Shown: positions 33,081 through 43,256, counted from the stretch's first letter. The stretch is DNA of 64,000 nt from an uncultured Planctomycetia bacterium (GCA_963699445.1 CAVOTX010000007.1:303310-367309), one strand, 5' to 3'. Numbers and translations: made by a program. Notes: generated from the sequence alone by a model not told the origin.

Positions 33081-35763
33081 ATGTCATTCGACCCTCTCGA
33101 CCCCAAGTGGTCGGCCTTCGTTCTCGGCGAACTGGACGACGAAGCCCGGGCCCAAATCGATCGCGAGCTTGCCCAGTCGCCCGACGCGCAGCGCTTCGTC
33201 GACGAGCTGCGGCGCACGATCGATTTGGTCTCGGCCGAACTGCGAGCCGAGCCCTGCCCCGTCATGTCGGACGCAGAGCCGGCGACCGGCGACGTGTCGG
33301 ACGGGGAACCCGCCGATGGCGAATTACGCGCCCGCCGCCGCGACCGACGACGAGCCCGGCAGCCGTTCCAGGCTGTTTCGCACGGTTCGGCCGGAAGGCC
33401 ACTCGCGCACGGTGGGCCGCCTGGCGGTGCTAGGGCTGGCCGCCTCGCTTTTGGCGATGGTCAGCTTGGGAAGCTACTTGCTGTTTCCGGGTTCTTGGCA
33501 CATTCGCGATCTCAAGCTGGCTTGGAAGTCTGATCGCCACACAGAGGCCAGGGTTGCCGAATCGCCGCCCAGCGACGGGCTGCCGCTCGATGATGCGTCG
33601 GCCAATGGTCCCCAACTGGGAGCGAGCGCGGACATGGGCTACGTGGAAATGCCAGAGGATGACGCGCCGGCCGTGAAGCTACAGCTGGCCCCGTCGCAGA
33701 GAAATCTCACGTCCACCGTGCTCAGCCCGAAAACCGAGACGAAGTCAAAGAGCAACGACCGCTTTGGCGGCGAAGTTAAGTATCAAGCTGGGGACACCGG
33801 ATACTCCGCGCCGCGCGGCGAGCCGGGTGACCGCTCCGGCGGCGGCAAGGACGGTGGACGAAACGACGACCGCCCCATGTTCGGCCAGCCTGCGAAGGGC
33901 GAAGCGGGCCAGCGACACGGGGCCGGCGAAGAAAAGCGGGAGGGCCAGGGGCAGCCAACGAAGCCGCAGATTCAAACCAAATTGCCGCACGCGCGGCCAA
34001 CCGGCAAAGAACGGGGCGTTGTCGATTCGCTCGGGCAAGTCGAGACTGCCAAGGCACCGTTCCCGGCCGACCAGCCGATTGTGTACCCCGATAAGCAAGT
34101 CTGGGACGAGCTGACGGCGCGGCGAATGAAATGGCGCGACTTTAACGCGCAAGACACGAAGTCACCTGAGGGGCGCACGGGCAAAGAGACACAATCGTTG
34201 AAAACGATGGTCACGCCCAAAATCGTGATTCAGGAAGAAGAAGAGGACCGACTTGGGATTGCCGGTCGCGACGGCAACAGTGCCACCTTGCCGGACGGCA
34301 TCGAAGTGCAGCTGCCTGACTTCCACGCCGCCGAAGCCTACGAGCCGGTCACCGACAACCCCTTCCTGGCCGTCAGCGACAATCCGCTCTCGACGTTCTC
34401 GATCGACGTCGACACGGCCTCGTACTCGATCGTCCGCCGCTATTTGCAGCAGAACCATCAGTTGCCGCCGCCGTCGGCCGTGCGGATCGAAGAGCTGGTC
34501 AACTACTTTCACTACGACTATCCGCAGCCCGAGGGGGACAAGCCGTTCGCGGCCAATGTGGAAGTTGCCGGCTGCCCCTGGAACGCCGAGCATCGGCTGG
34601 TCCGCATGGGCCTCAAAGGACGCGAAGTGGCCCGCGATCATCGGCCGCTGAGCAAACCTGGTGTTTCTGGTCGATGTGTCGGGTTCGATGCAATCGCCCA
34701 ACAAGCTGCCGCTGGTCAAAGAGTCGCTAAGGCTGCTGGCCGAGCAGATGGGCGAGAACGACCGCGTGGCGATCGTGGTCTATGCCGGCAGTTCGGGCCT
34801 GGTGCTGCCCAGCACCAGCGGCGACCGAAAAGCCGGCCATCCTGGCAGCGATCGACGCGCTTGAAGCCGGCGGCTCGACCAACGGCGGCCAGGGCATTCA
34901 ACTGGCCTACGACATCGCCGTGGCCAATTTCATCAAAGGGGGCGTCAACCGCGTCATCCTGGCCACCGACGGCGATTTCAACGTCGGCGTCACCGACCGC
35001 GGCGACCTGGTCAAGCTGATCGAGCAAAAGGCCGCCAGCGGCGTGTTCCTGACCACGCTCGGCTTCGGCATGGGCAACCTGAAGGACTCCACGCTGGAAC
35101 AACTGGCCGACAAAGGCAACGGCAACTACGCCTACATCGACAGTGCTCGCGAGGCCAAGAAGGTGCTCGTCGAGCAGATGTCCGGCACGCTGGTCACGAT
35201 CGCCAAGGACGTCAAGATCCAGATCGAGTTCAATCCCAGCCAGGTGGCCGCGTTTCGGCTGATCGGCTACGAAAACCGCATCCTGCGGCACGAGGATTTC
35301 AATGACGACAAGAAGGATGCCGGCGAGATCGGCGCCGGGCCACACCGTGACGGCGCTTTACGAACTGGTGCCGGCAGGCAAAGAGCCGGCGGTCGCTCCG
35401 GCCGGCGCCGAGCCGCTCAAGTATCAGCAGAAACTGGCCCTGACCGACGCCGCCCGCACCGGCGAACTGATGACCCTCAAGCTGCGGTACAAACAACCCG
35501 ACGGCGACAAGAGCCAGTTGCTGGAATATCCGGTCAAGGATCCGGGCCAGCCCTACGCCCGGGCGACCGGCGACTTCAAGTTTGCCAGTGCGGTCGCGCT
35601 GTTCGGGATGCTGCTGCGCGATTCGTCGTACCGCGGCACGGCCAGCTTTGCCGCCGCCCTGGAATTGGCCCAGGAAGGCCGCGGCAGCGACGCAGAGGGC
35701 TATCGGGCCGAGTTCATCGAGTTGATCTCCGCGGCGAAGGCGCTGCGGCCGGGAGGGGGCTAG
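33081..35763 (+). pseudogene. anti-sigma N-terminal segment fused to a YfbK-type vWA_N2-VWA-DUF3520 protein, frameshifted as sequenced (about 4 breaks)
   Basis: MSFDPLDPKWSAFVLGELDDEARAQIDRELAQSPDAQRF (anti-sigma-like), a TM segment (LAVLGLAASLLAMVSLG), [54 protein letters not shown] (MIDAS), [52 protein letters not shown]. Breaks near 33300, 34650, 34840 and 35330. Confidence 0.75.
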
Positions 35764-35963
35764 GGGCCAGGCAGTAGGGGCTGGGGACTAGGGGCTGGGG
35801 ACTAGGGGACGAAAGCAGATCGATCTCGGCCGCGGGTGTGCGCCCCTGCGACGTCTTCATTCCGCAAGCACCGATCAGGTTGCGCCTCGTCGTGCCGTCC
35901 GCCACCCATGTCCTGATTGCTCCGTCCTCCCCGCTAGCCTCCAGCCCCTAGCCTCTAGCCCCT
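35761..35963. repeat. two inverted arrays of a 14-nt TAGGGGCTGGGGAC-type unit flanking ~110 bp
   Basis: The left array (35761-35810) is TAGGGGCCAGGCAGTAGGGGCTGGGGACTAGGGGCTGGGGACTAGGGGAC. The right array (35924-35963) is its imperfect reverse complement (..GCTAGCCTCCAGCCCCTAGCCTCTAGCCCCT). The first TAG is the stop codon of the VWA gene. Confidence 0.6.
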
Positions 35964-35984
35964 CTCCCTCCCTATACTCTCCCC

Positions 35985-36934
35985 ATGCCCACCTGCCTGA
36001 GCGTCGGCATCCTGGTCGCCGATCATCTTTGCGATCCGATTTCGCACGTCCCCAAGGCGGGCGAACTGATTCTTTGCGAGCGGCTGCCGCTGGCCATCGG
36101 CGGCTGCGCCTCGAACGCCGCGGTCGATCTGGCCCGGCTGGGCGTCGACGTGGGCGTGGTGGGCTGCGTCGGCAACGACTACTTCGGCCGCTTCGTCACC
36201 GATACGCTCTCGGCCAGCGGCGTCGACGTGGGCGACGTCCGCCGGCTGGACGGAGTCGAAACGTCCGGCACGCTGATCATCAATGTGAAAGGCGAGGATC
36301 GGCGTTTCATCCACACCCGGGCGCCAACGGTCACTTGCGGGCCGAGCACGTCCCGCTCGCTCGCCTGCGCGAGGCCCGGGTGCTGTACGTGGGCGGGTAT
36401 CTGCTGATGCCGGCGCTCGAAGGGCACGAGCTGGCCGCGCTGTTTCGCACGGCCCGCTCGCTGGGCGTGAAAACGGTGCTCGACATCGTGCTGCCTGGCG
36501 CCGGAGATCATTGGCACCAGCTCGCACCGGTCTTGGCCGAGACCGACGTTTTTCTGCCCAACCAGGACGAGGCGGCCGAGATTACCGGGCTGGCCGATCC
36601 GCTGGCCCAGGCCGAGCGCTTTCGCGCCGCGGGCGCCGGCACGGTGGTGATTACCTGCGGCCATGCCGGCAGCGTGCTGGTCTCGGAGCGGGAGCGGCTG
36701 CGGGCCCCGGTTTTTCCGGTGGAGTATCGGGGCGGCACCGGTTCGGGCGACGCGTTCGACGCCGGCTACATCGTCGGCCTGCTGGGTGGCGAGGACGCGG
36801 CCGGCTGCCTGCGCTGGGGGAGTGCCGTAGGAGCCAGTTGCGTGCGCTCGATCAGCGCCACCGAGAGCGTCTTCACCCGGACCGAGGCCGAAGCGTTCCT
36901 GCGCGAGCAGCCTTTCCAGGTCGAGCGGTTTTGA
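35985..36934 (+). pseudogene. PfkB-family carbohydrate kinase (ribokinase-like), one frame break near 36315
   Basis: GILVADHL..LPLAIGGCASNAAVDLARLGVDVGVVGCVGND, then in the next frame VLYVGGYLL..VFLPNQDEAAEITG..GTVVITCGHAG..GGTGSGDAFDAGYIVGLL (PfkB signature 2). Confidence 0.8.
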
Positions 36935-36970
36935 TTGCCGCTCGCGCGGCAACGGCGCGGCGAGGTCGAT

Positions 36971-37128
36971 CTAGCAGCCCGTTGAAAAATGCCATCGTGG
37001 CATTTTTCAACCTCGCCAGGCTTTGGGCAAAGCCCTTCGCGAAGCGCAAAATAACAACTTGCGTTGTTATTTTGGCATCGCATCCCTGCGCTTGACGCAG
37101 CCTGTTGAGTATTTCAACAGGCTGCTAG
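36971..37128 (+). mobile_element. best-preserved copy of a ~158-bp MITE-like element with TIRs, CTAG flanks and three hairpins
   Basis: CTAG at 36971-36974 and at 37125-37128. The TIRs are CAGCCCGTTGAAAAAT / ATTTCAACAGGCTG. Hairpins: 36981-37011 (14 bp perfect), 37048-37073 (11 bp, A/T-ended) and 37097-37125 (12 bp perfect). Other copies lie at 18643-18801 and 7134-7245. Confidence 0.75.
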
Positions 37129-37980
37129 GCCTTCCGTCGGCGGGCGACGAAGAATAGTCCTGCGGTGCCGAGCGCGGCCATGACCAGCGAACTCGGTTCC
37201 GGTGTGGCCAAGGGCGTGTTCGTCTTAAAGGTGATGTCGGTATAGTACGCTTTCTCAATCGCAGAATCGTACGTCCCAAAATACGCATTTTGCGTCAGGA
37301 TCTCGTTACTGAACACGAGAACCGCCTCGTACTGGTGATTAGGGCTCAACGTGAGGGCCGGGAGGGTTGTCGAGGTAAAACTCGAAACGTTGCTGGCAGT
37401 ACTCACTTCAAAGACCTGCTTGGACGTAGAGGTATCTTCGATGAAAAAATTGACAAACGGGAAAGTCGTGCGCGCGTCCGGGACGAACGAGTTCCAATTC
37501 AGCTGCAAAGGTTCCGATGGGTTGTAGTGCTCCAAGTTGGCAAACGTCGTAGAGGTCAGAAACGGCACTTCACCGGGATAAAACGTATTGGCAGGCATAT
37601 TTATCGTGGCCGATTGCCCCGACAGAGTTCCTGATGTGACGGCAAGATTGTAATTGCCGTTGGGATACGCCGCGTCGAGCTGTGCTTGGGTCGAATAATA
37701 CGGCGGCGGGAAGGTCGGAAGCGTGAGCAGAACGGCGCCCGTCATCGAAATCGGTGTGCCGCCCGGCGGCGTCAACTGGGCTGAGAATGTCGTTCGCCCC
37801 GCCGTTGTAGACCTGTGCGTTAAACGACCACAAGCTGGCTGTCGCCGGTTGCGAGCCGCTCGTCTGGTTGAAGAAGGCCTGTTTGGAGACCGTGATTTGG
37901 CCCGGCTCGGCCCAGGCGAACTGGGCACAAAAAAACGCCGACAGGCTTGCCAGAGAAAGCACGTAACGGGTCGTTCGCAT
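37125..37980 (-). pseudogene. PEP-CTERM sorting-domain secreted protein, one frame break near 37790
   Basis: Signal peptide MRTTRYVLSLASLSAFFCAQFAWA in ORF 37570-38112. The body and C-terminus TPEPSSLVMAALGTAGLFFVARRRKA* are in ORF 37125-37928. Confidence 0.75.
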
Positions 37981-38585
37981 TAGCGTTCTTTCGCTTCCCG
38001 TGGATCGTCCGAATGTCCGACGGCTCAATGCCGGGGTCAGCGCGCGGCAACAGCCTGCCGGGCGCCGAGGCGCCCCACTTTGCGTTGCACCGAAACCTTG
38101 CCCCTTTTGCACCGACGGAGTTTCCCAACCATACCCAACGAGAGGGGGTCACGCAAGCGCCAGGCAATCGACTAACCCCCGACGTTCGCCGCTTCCCTCG
38201 GCCGGATTTTTCCTACGCGGCAGGATGCGGGCATGACTCAAGCGGACAGAGATCGTCGACGGTTTCTGTCCGTTGGCCTATTGCCGCTGGCGATCGCCGT
38301 TACTGCGGGAAGCGGTGTCACAGCATGGCTTTTCCACAATTGCGAGCGATCACGGAGCGAAGACGATTGGCGATCCGGCCCGGGCCGGCGACGTCGATTT
38401 CGGCGGCGATGGAACGCACCAATCCCCCGCCGGCGCCCGCAAAGTCGGCGAGCCGATGCGCAAGTTTTTCCAGGGCGACTCGACGACCAAGGGGTGGTTC
38501 AACAGGCCCTATCCGCAGGCGGCCGGCTGCAGTACGCCGGTAGGTTGCCCGGCGGCCCCCCAGCAGTAATCGTGGCGGAATTTGC

Positions 38586-38614
38586 TTGCCAGGAAAACTG
38601 CTCGTTGCTACACT
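38586..38614 (+). promoter_or_regulatory. candidate sigma70-type promoter for the PEP-CTERM gene at 38692
   Basis: TTGCCA (38586-38591), 17-nt spacer, TACACT (38609-38614). Confidence 0.35.
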
Positions 38615-38691
38615 AGCGCCGCAGCCTCTGGATTTGGCTGCGGGCTGAGCCTTTGCTGAGTCTTCTTTCTTTAAGCTCAGGATCGAATTCA

Positions 38692-39342
38692 ATGCGCATC
38701 AATCGCTCGTTCGCCGCAGTCACATCTCTGCTGGTTATCGGCGTGGCTTTGGCCCAAGAGTGCCGAGCCGGCCTGGAGATCGCCTACGACAATGCTAATT
38801 TGGGACAAACCAATCAAGATTACGGTGGCTCTCTGGGTTTGCTTTTCAATGTCAATACACCTATTACCGTTGCGGCATTGGGTGCCTATGACTCGGGTAA
38901 CAGCAGCCAACTGATAGGGGCGGACGGGTCGAGCGGAGTGACGGTGCAGATTTACACGACTGGCGGCAGCCCAGTTGGCACCCCGGTTGTATTTACCCCG
39001 ACTAACGCTGGCACGCAAATCAACGCCGATGCTTTCTTGTGGATCACTCCCTTGACCCTCCCGGTCGGCAGCTACGCGATCGTGGCCTTCAACGATAACA
39101 ACTACAATACCAATGGCGGTTTCAACGCGACCAGCACTCTCAATACCTTCGGCGGGGCAATCTCCTTCGTTGGCGGCGGGAATTACGGTAGCGCTGGATC
39201 GTACCCCGGCACCGGCGATGGTGGCCCGGCAAACCGGTACGACGCCGGCACGTTTGCAATCACCCCCGAGCCGGCCTCGCTCGTCGTCTGGGGTTTGGTG
39301 ATCGCTGGGGGAATTGTGATCGCCCGTCGCCGCAAAGCCTAG
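38692..39342 (+). CDS. PEP-CTERM sorting-domain secreted protein
   Basis: MRINRSFAAVTSLLVIGVALAQE (signal peptide). C-terminus TPEPASLVVWGLVIAGGIVIARRRKA*. Confidence 0.85.
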   Translation: MRINRSFAAVTSLLVIGVALAQECRAGLEIAYDNANLGQTNQDYGGSLGLLFNVNTPITVAALGAYDSGNSSQLIGADGSSGVTVQIYTTGGSPVGTPVVFTPTNAGTQINADAFLWITPLTLPVGSYAIVAFNDNNYNTNGGFNATSTLNTFGGAISFVGGGNYGSAGSYPGTGDGGPANRYDAGTFAITPEPASLVVWGLVIAGGIVIARRRKA

Positions 39343-39365
39343 GTCGACCTGCTTGCAAGACACGC

Positions 39366-39396
39366 AACCGCCCGGCATTGCTTGGGCGGTTTTTTG
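39366..39396 (+). terminator. intrinsic terminator
   Basis: CCGCCC-ggcattgctt-GGGCGG followed by TTTTTT. Confidence 0.6.
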
Positions 39397-39549
39397 TTGC
39401 GCTGAGCGGCCAGCGACCGAAATCACCACACCAATCACCCACTTCCGCGGCAGCGCATCGATTGCAGCCGGGCCGCCACGGTTGGATAATGCGGTTTCAC
39501 TGCGCAATCCGCTGTCCAGTCTCGCGTTCCTAGAACACGGCTGACTCCC

Positions 39550-42500
39550 ATGATCCGCCCCTTTTCAAAGCGGCAAGATGCCGCTTCTACGGTCATCGCT
39601 CGCTGGATTTATCTTGCTTTGCTGCCGCTTTTTGTCTCGGTTGGGACCACTGCCCGGGCCGGCGACGTCGATTTCGCCCGCGACGTGCGGCCGATCCTGG
39701 CCCGGCATTGCTTCAAATGCCATGGCCCCGATCCGGCTCAGCGCAAGGCCGATTTGCGCTTGGACGAGCGCAAGATCGCCGTCGGGCCGGCCGAGTCGGG
39801 GGAGCGGGCCATCGTGCCGGGCGAGCCGGATGCCAGCGAGCTGGTGCGCCGCATTTCGAGCGCTGACGCCGACGAGGTGATGCCGCCGCCGGAAACCAAG
39901 AACCCGGTCACCGTGGCCGAGCGGCAGGTCTTGCGGCAATGGATCGCCGAGGGAGCCGAGTACAAAGCGCATTGGGCCTTTCAGCCGCCCGGGCAAGCGA
40001 AGCTGCCGGCGGTGAAGCGGGCCGATTGGCCGCGCAATCCGATCGATCGTTTCGTGCTGGCCCGGCTGGAAACGGCCGGCATCACGCCCTCGCCCGCTGC
40101 CGACAAGCACACGCTGGTCCGCCGCGTCTATCTCGACCTGATCGGCCTGCCGCCGGAGCCCGCCGAAGCCGACGCCTTTGTGAATGACCCCGCGCCGGAC
40201 GCCTACGAAAAACTGGTCGATCGCTTGCTGGCTTCGCCCCATTACGGCGAGCGCTGGGCTCGCCGCTGGTTGGACCTGGCCCGCTACGCCGACACGAATG
40301 GCTACGAGAAAGATCGCGTGCGGTCGATTTGGGCCTATCGCGATTGGGTCATCCAGGCCCTCAATGCCGACATGCCGTTCAACCAGTTCACCGTCGAGCA
40401 GTTGGCCGGCGACATGCTGCCGGGCGCTACGCTTTCGCAGCAAGTCGCCACCGGTTTTCACCGCAACACGATGCTGAACGAGGAAGGGGGCATCGACCCG
40501 CTGGAATTCCGCTTCTACGCGACGATCGATCGGGTGAATACGACGGCCACTACCTGGCTCGCCTTGACGCTCGGCTGCGCACAGTGCCATACGCACAAAT
40601 ACGATCCCATACCGCACGCCGAGTATTACCGGATGCTGGCCCTGCTGAACAATGCCGACGAGCCGGAGTTGGAAGTGCCGCAAGCCGACCTGGTCCAGCG
40701 CCGCAGCGAGTTGGAAGCCCAGATCCGGGCTCTGGAGGCCGATCTGCCGAATCGATTTCCCGTCGCGTCCGACATCCGCTGGCAAGCACCGCGGCCCGCG
40801 AGTGTTGTGTCGGCCGGCGGGGCCACTGTCGAACAACTGGACGACGCATCCGTGCGATTGAGCGGCACAAACCCGGAGCGAGACACGTACACCGTCACGA
40901 TCGACACCGACTTGACGGGCATTACCGCGCTCAAGATCGAAGCGCTGACCGATCCGGCTCTGCCGAGCACAGGCCCGGGCCGCACGCCGCACGGCAATTT
41001 CGTGCTCAGCGAGTTGACGGTCACGGCCGCGCCCCGCGACGGATCGGCCCCCGCGCAGCCGCTGAAGCTCGTGCGCGCGGCGGCCGACTTCGCCCAAGCC
41101 AACTATCCGGCCGCGCACGCCATCGACGGCGATCCCAAGACCGGCTGGGCGATTCAAGGTCCTGCGCCCTGGAACCTGAATCGCAGCGCTACCTTCGACC
41201 TGGACAAGCCGGCCGCATTTGCCGGCGGCACGCGAATTTCGATCCGCCTCGATCAGCAATTTGGCCAGCAGCACACGCTGGGCCGCTTTCGCGTCAGCCT
41301 GGGACAGCCCGGCTTGCCGCCGGCCGATGGAGTCGATCGCCGCGGCGAATTGCTCAAAAGCAAATTCAACGCCTGGCTCGACGAGCAGGCCAGCCGAGTC
41401 GTCCGCTGGACCGTGCTGCGGCCGGTCGCCGCCACGGCCAACATTCCCTTTCTGACCGTGCTCGACGACGCCTCGGTGCTGGCCGGCGGCGATCAGTCCA
41501 AACGCGACGTCTACCAGCTGAAGTTCGATACGCCGCTGCGCCCGATCACGGCCATCCGTTTGGAGGTGTTGCCGGCCGACGCACTGCCCAAGCACGGGCC
41601 GGGCCGCGTGTATTACGAAGGGCCGGCGGGCGATTTCTTCTTGAGCGAGATCACCGTGCAGGCCGACAGTGGACCCGCGAAGCTGAGCAAGGCTTCGCAA
41701 ACCTTCGGCAACGCCAGCCTGGCCATCGACGGCGATCCGCAGTCCGGCTGGTCGACGGCCGGCCAGCAGGGGCGCCCGCACGAAGCGGTGTTCAACCTGG
41801 AGCAGCCGCTGGCCGACGCCAGCGGCCTGACCATCGAGCTGCTGTTCGAAAAATACTATGCCGCCGGGCTGGGCCGGTTTCGCATTTCGGCGACCGACAG
41901 CGTCCAGCCGGCCGCGGCCCAGGGCTTGCCCGGCGAGATCGAAGACCTGTTGCTCAAGCCGGCCGCCCAGCGCACGGCGTCCGAGCGCCAGAGGTTATTG
42001 GATTACTATCTGTCGGTGGCGCCGGAGTTGGCAGCCGAGCGCGAAACGATCCAGAAACTGCGCGAACAAATTCCGGCTTATCCGACCACGCTGGTCATGG
42101 CCCAGCGGCCGGCGCAGCATCCGCGGCCGACGTTCCGCCACCACCGCGGCGAGTTCTTGCAGCCCAAGGAACCGGTCGCCGCCGATGTGCTTTCCTGCTT
42201 GCCGCCTTTGCCCGCCGGGGCTGCGCACGACCGGCTGTCGTTTGCCCGCTGGCTGGTCGACGGACGCAATCCGCTGGTTGGGCGGGTGGTGATGAATCGG
42301 CAGTGGGCCGCCTTGTTCGGCCGCGGCCTGGTGCGGACAACCGAAGATTTTGGCTTTCAGGGCGAACTGCCCACGCATCCCGAATTGCTCGATTGGCTGG
42401 CCGTGGAGTTCGTCCGGCAAGGCTGGTCGCTGAAGAAAATGCACCGGCTGATGGTCACCAGCGCCACGTATCGGCAGTCGGCCCGGGTGTCTGCGGAAAT

Positions 42501-43149
42501 GCTGGAGCGCGACCCGCAAAACCTGCTCTTGGCCCGGGCGCCGCGGTTCCGCCTGGACGCCGAGTTGGTTCGCGATGCGGCGCTGCGAATGAGCGGCCTG
42601 CTTTCGCCGAAATTGGCCGGACCCAGCGTGTTTCCGCTGCAGCCGGCCAATATCACGTCCGAGGGCACCTACGGCGCACTGGCCTGGAACGTCAGCCCGG
42701 GCGAGGATCGCTACCGGCGCGGACTGTACACCTTTACCAAGCGGACCGCGCCCTACGCCATGTTTGCCACGTTCGACGCCCCCAGCGGCGAAGCCTGCCT
42801 GGCCCGGCGCGAAGTCTCGAACACGCCGCTGCAATCGCTGGCCCTGCTGAACGACGCGGTGTTCGTCGAAGCGGCGCAAGCCCTGGGTCGGATGATGGCC
42901 GCCCAAAGCGGCAGCGACGAAGCCCGCGCGGTCGAGTTGTTCCGCCGCGTGCTGGTGCGTCCGCCGAGCGACGAGGAGCGTGTGCTGGTGCTGAAGTTCC
43001 ACGCGGCCCAGCGCGAGCGGCTGGCCAACGGTCAATTGGTCGCAGCCACGATCGCCGGCCCCGGCGACGGCGACGCGGCCACCCGCGCAGCCTGGACGTT
43101 GACAGCCCGAACGCTGCTCAATCTGGATGAAACGATCACCCGAGAATAG
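39550..43149 (+). CDS. PSCyt1-PSCyt2-PSD protein (planctomycete cytochrome c domain, DUF1549, DUF1553), 1199 aa
   Basis: DFARDVRPILARHCFKCHGPD (CxxCH), NPIDRFVLARLE..GLPP (DUF1549-type), CAQCHTHKYDPI, and C-terminal FDAPSGEACLARREVSNTPLQSLALLND (DUF1553-type). The frame is intact. Confidence 0.9.
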   Translation: MIRPFSKRQDAASTVIARWIYLALLPLFVSVGTTARAGDVDFARDVRPILARHCFKCHGPDPAQRKADLRLDERKIAVGPAESGERAIVPGEPDASELVRRISSADADEVMPPPETKNPVTVAERQVLRQWIAEGAEYKAHWAFQPPGQAKLPAVKRADWPRNPIDRFVLARLETAGITPSPAADKHTLVRRVYLDLIGLPPEPAEADAFVNDPAPDAYEKLVDRLLASPHYGERWARRWLDLARYADTNGYEKDRVRSIWAYRDWVIQALNADMPFNQFTVEQLAGDMLPGATLSQQVATGFHRNTMLNEEGGIDPLEFRFYATIDRVNTTATTWLALTLGCAQCHTHKYDPIPHAEYYRMLALLNNADEPELEVPQADLVQRRSELEAQIRALEADLPNRFPVASDIRWQAPRPASVVSAGGATVEQLDDASVRLSGTNPERDTYTVTIDTDLTGITALKIEALTDPALPSTGPGRTPHGNFVLSELTVTAAPRDGSAPAQPLKLVRAAADFAQANYPAAHAIDGDPKTGWAIQGPAPWNLNRSATFDLDKPAAFAGGTRISIRLDQQFGQQHTLGRFRVSLGQPGLPPADGVDRRGELLKSKFNAWLDEQASRVVRWTVLRPVAATANIPFLTVLDDASVLAGGDQSKRDVYQLKFDTPLRPITAIRLEVLPADALPKHGPGRVYYEGPAGDFFLSEITVQADSGPAKLSKASQTFGNASLAIDGDPQSGWSTAGQQGRPHEAVFNLEQPLADASGLTIELLFEKYYAAGLGRFRISATDSVQPAAAQGLPGEIEDLLLKPAAQRTASERQRLLDYYLSVAPELAAERETIQKLREQIPAYPTTLVMAQRPAQHPRPTFRHHRGEFLQPKEPVAADVLSCLPPLPAGAAHDRLSFARWLVDGRNPLVGRVVMNRQWAALFGRGLVRTTEDFGFQGELPTHPELLDWLAVEFVRQGWSLKKMHRLMVTSATYRQSARVSAEMLERDPQNLLLARAPRFRLDAELVRDAALRMSGLLSPKLAGPSVFPLQPANITSEGTYGALAWNVSPGEDRYRRGLYTFTKRTAPYAMFATFDAPSGEACLARREVSNTPLQSLALLNDAVFVEAAQALGRMMAAQSGSDEARAVELFRRVLVRPPSDEERVLVLKFHAAQRERLANGQLVAATIAGPGDGDAATRAAWTLTARTLLNLDETITRE

Positions 43150-43180
43150 TCCCAGCGCCCCTGCGTATTTCATCAGCCCT

Positions 43181-43212
43181 GGCGAGCCGTGGAGTTTACC
43201 TCCACGGTGTAC
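43181..43212 (+). repeat. solo copy of the REP-like hairpin unit
   Basis: GGCGAGCCGTGGAGTTTACCTCCACGGTGTAC. Relative to 32864-32894, the stem changes G to A and the paired C to T, so the 8-bp stem is preserved. Confidence 0.6.
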
Positions 43213-43256
43213 CCGCCAACCGATACGAGCCGCAGCACCCCAAGAGCGAGCCCGTC

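Noticed and set aside
35761-35963. Possible CRISPR array, suggested by short tandem repeats
   Set aside because: The units are 14 nt and directly abutting, with no spacers. They are arranged as two inverted blocks, which is not CRISPR architecture. No cas genes are present in the window.
38233-38616. 127-aa ORF with a Tat-like RRRFLS leader, and the overlapping ORFs 38273-38569 and 38318-38692
   Set aside because: After the leader the translation becomes Arg-rich junk. None of the three frames gives a coherent protein. The region is left unannotated apart from the 25-mer observation.
39565-41781. 738-aa minus-strand ORF, and the 933-aa plus-strand ORF 40329-43130
   Set aside because: These are the antisense and an alternative frame of the PSCyt/PSD gene. 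Both give Arg/Gly/Ala-rich low-complexity translations, while the 39550-43149 frame carries all the conserved motifs.
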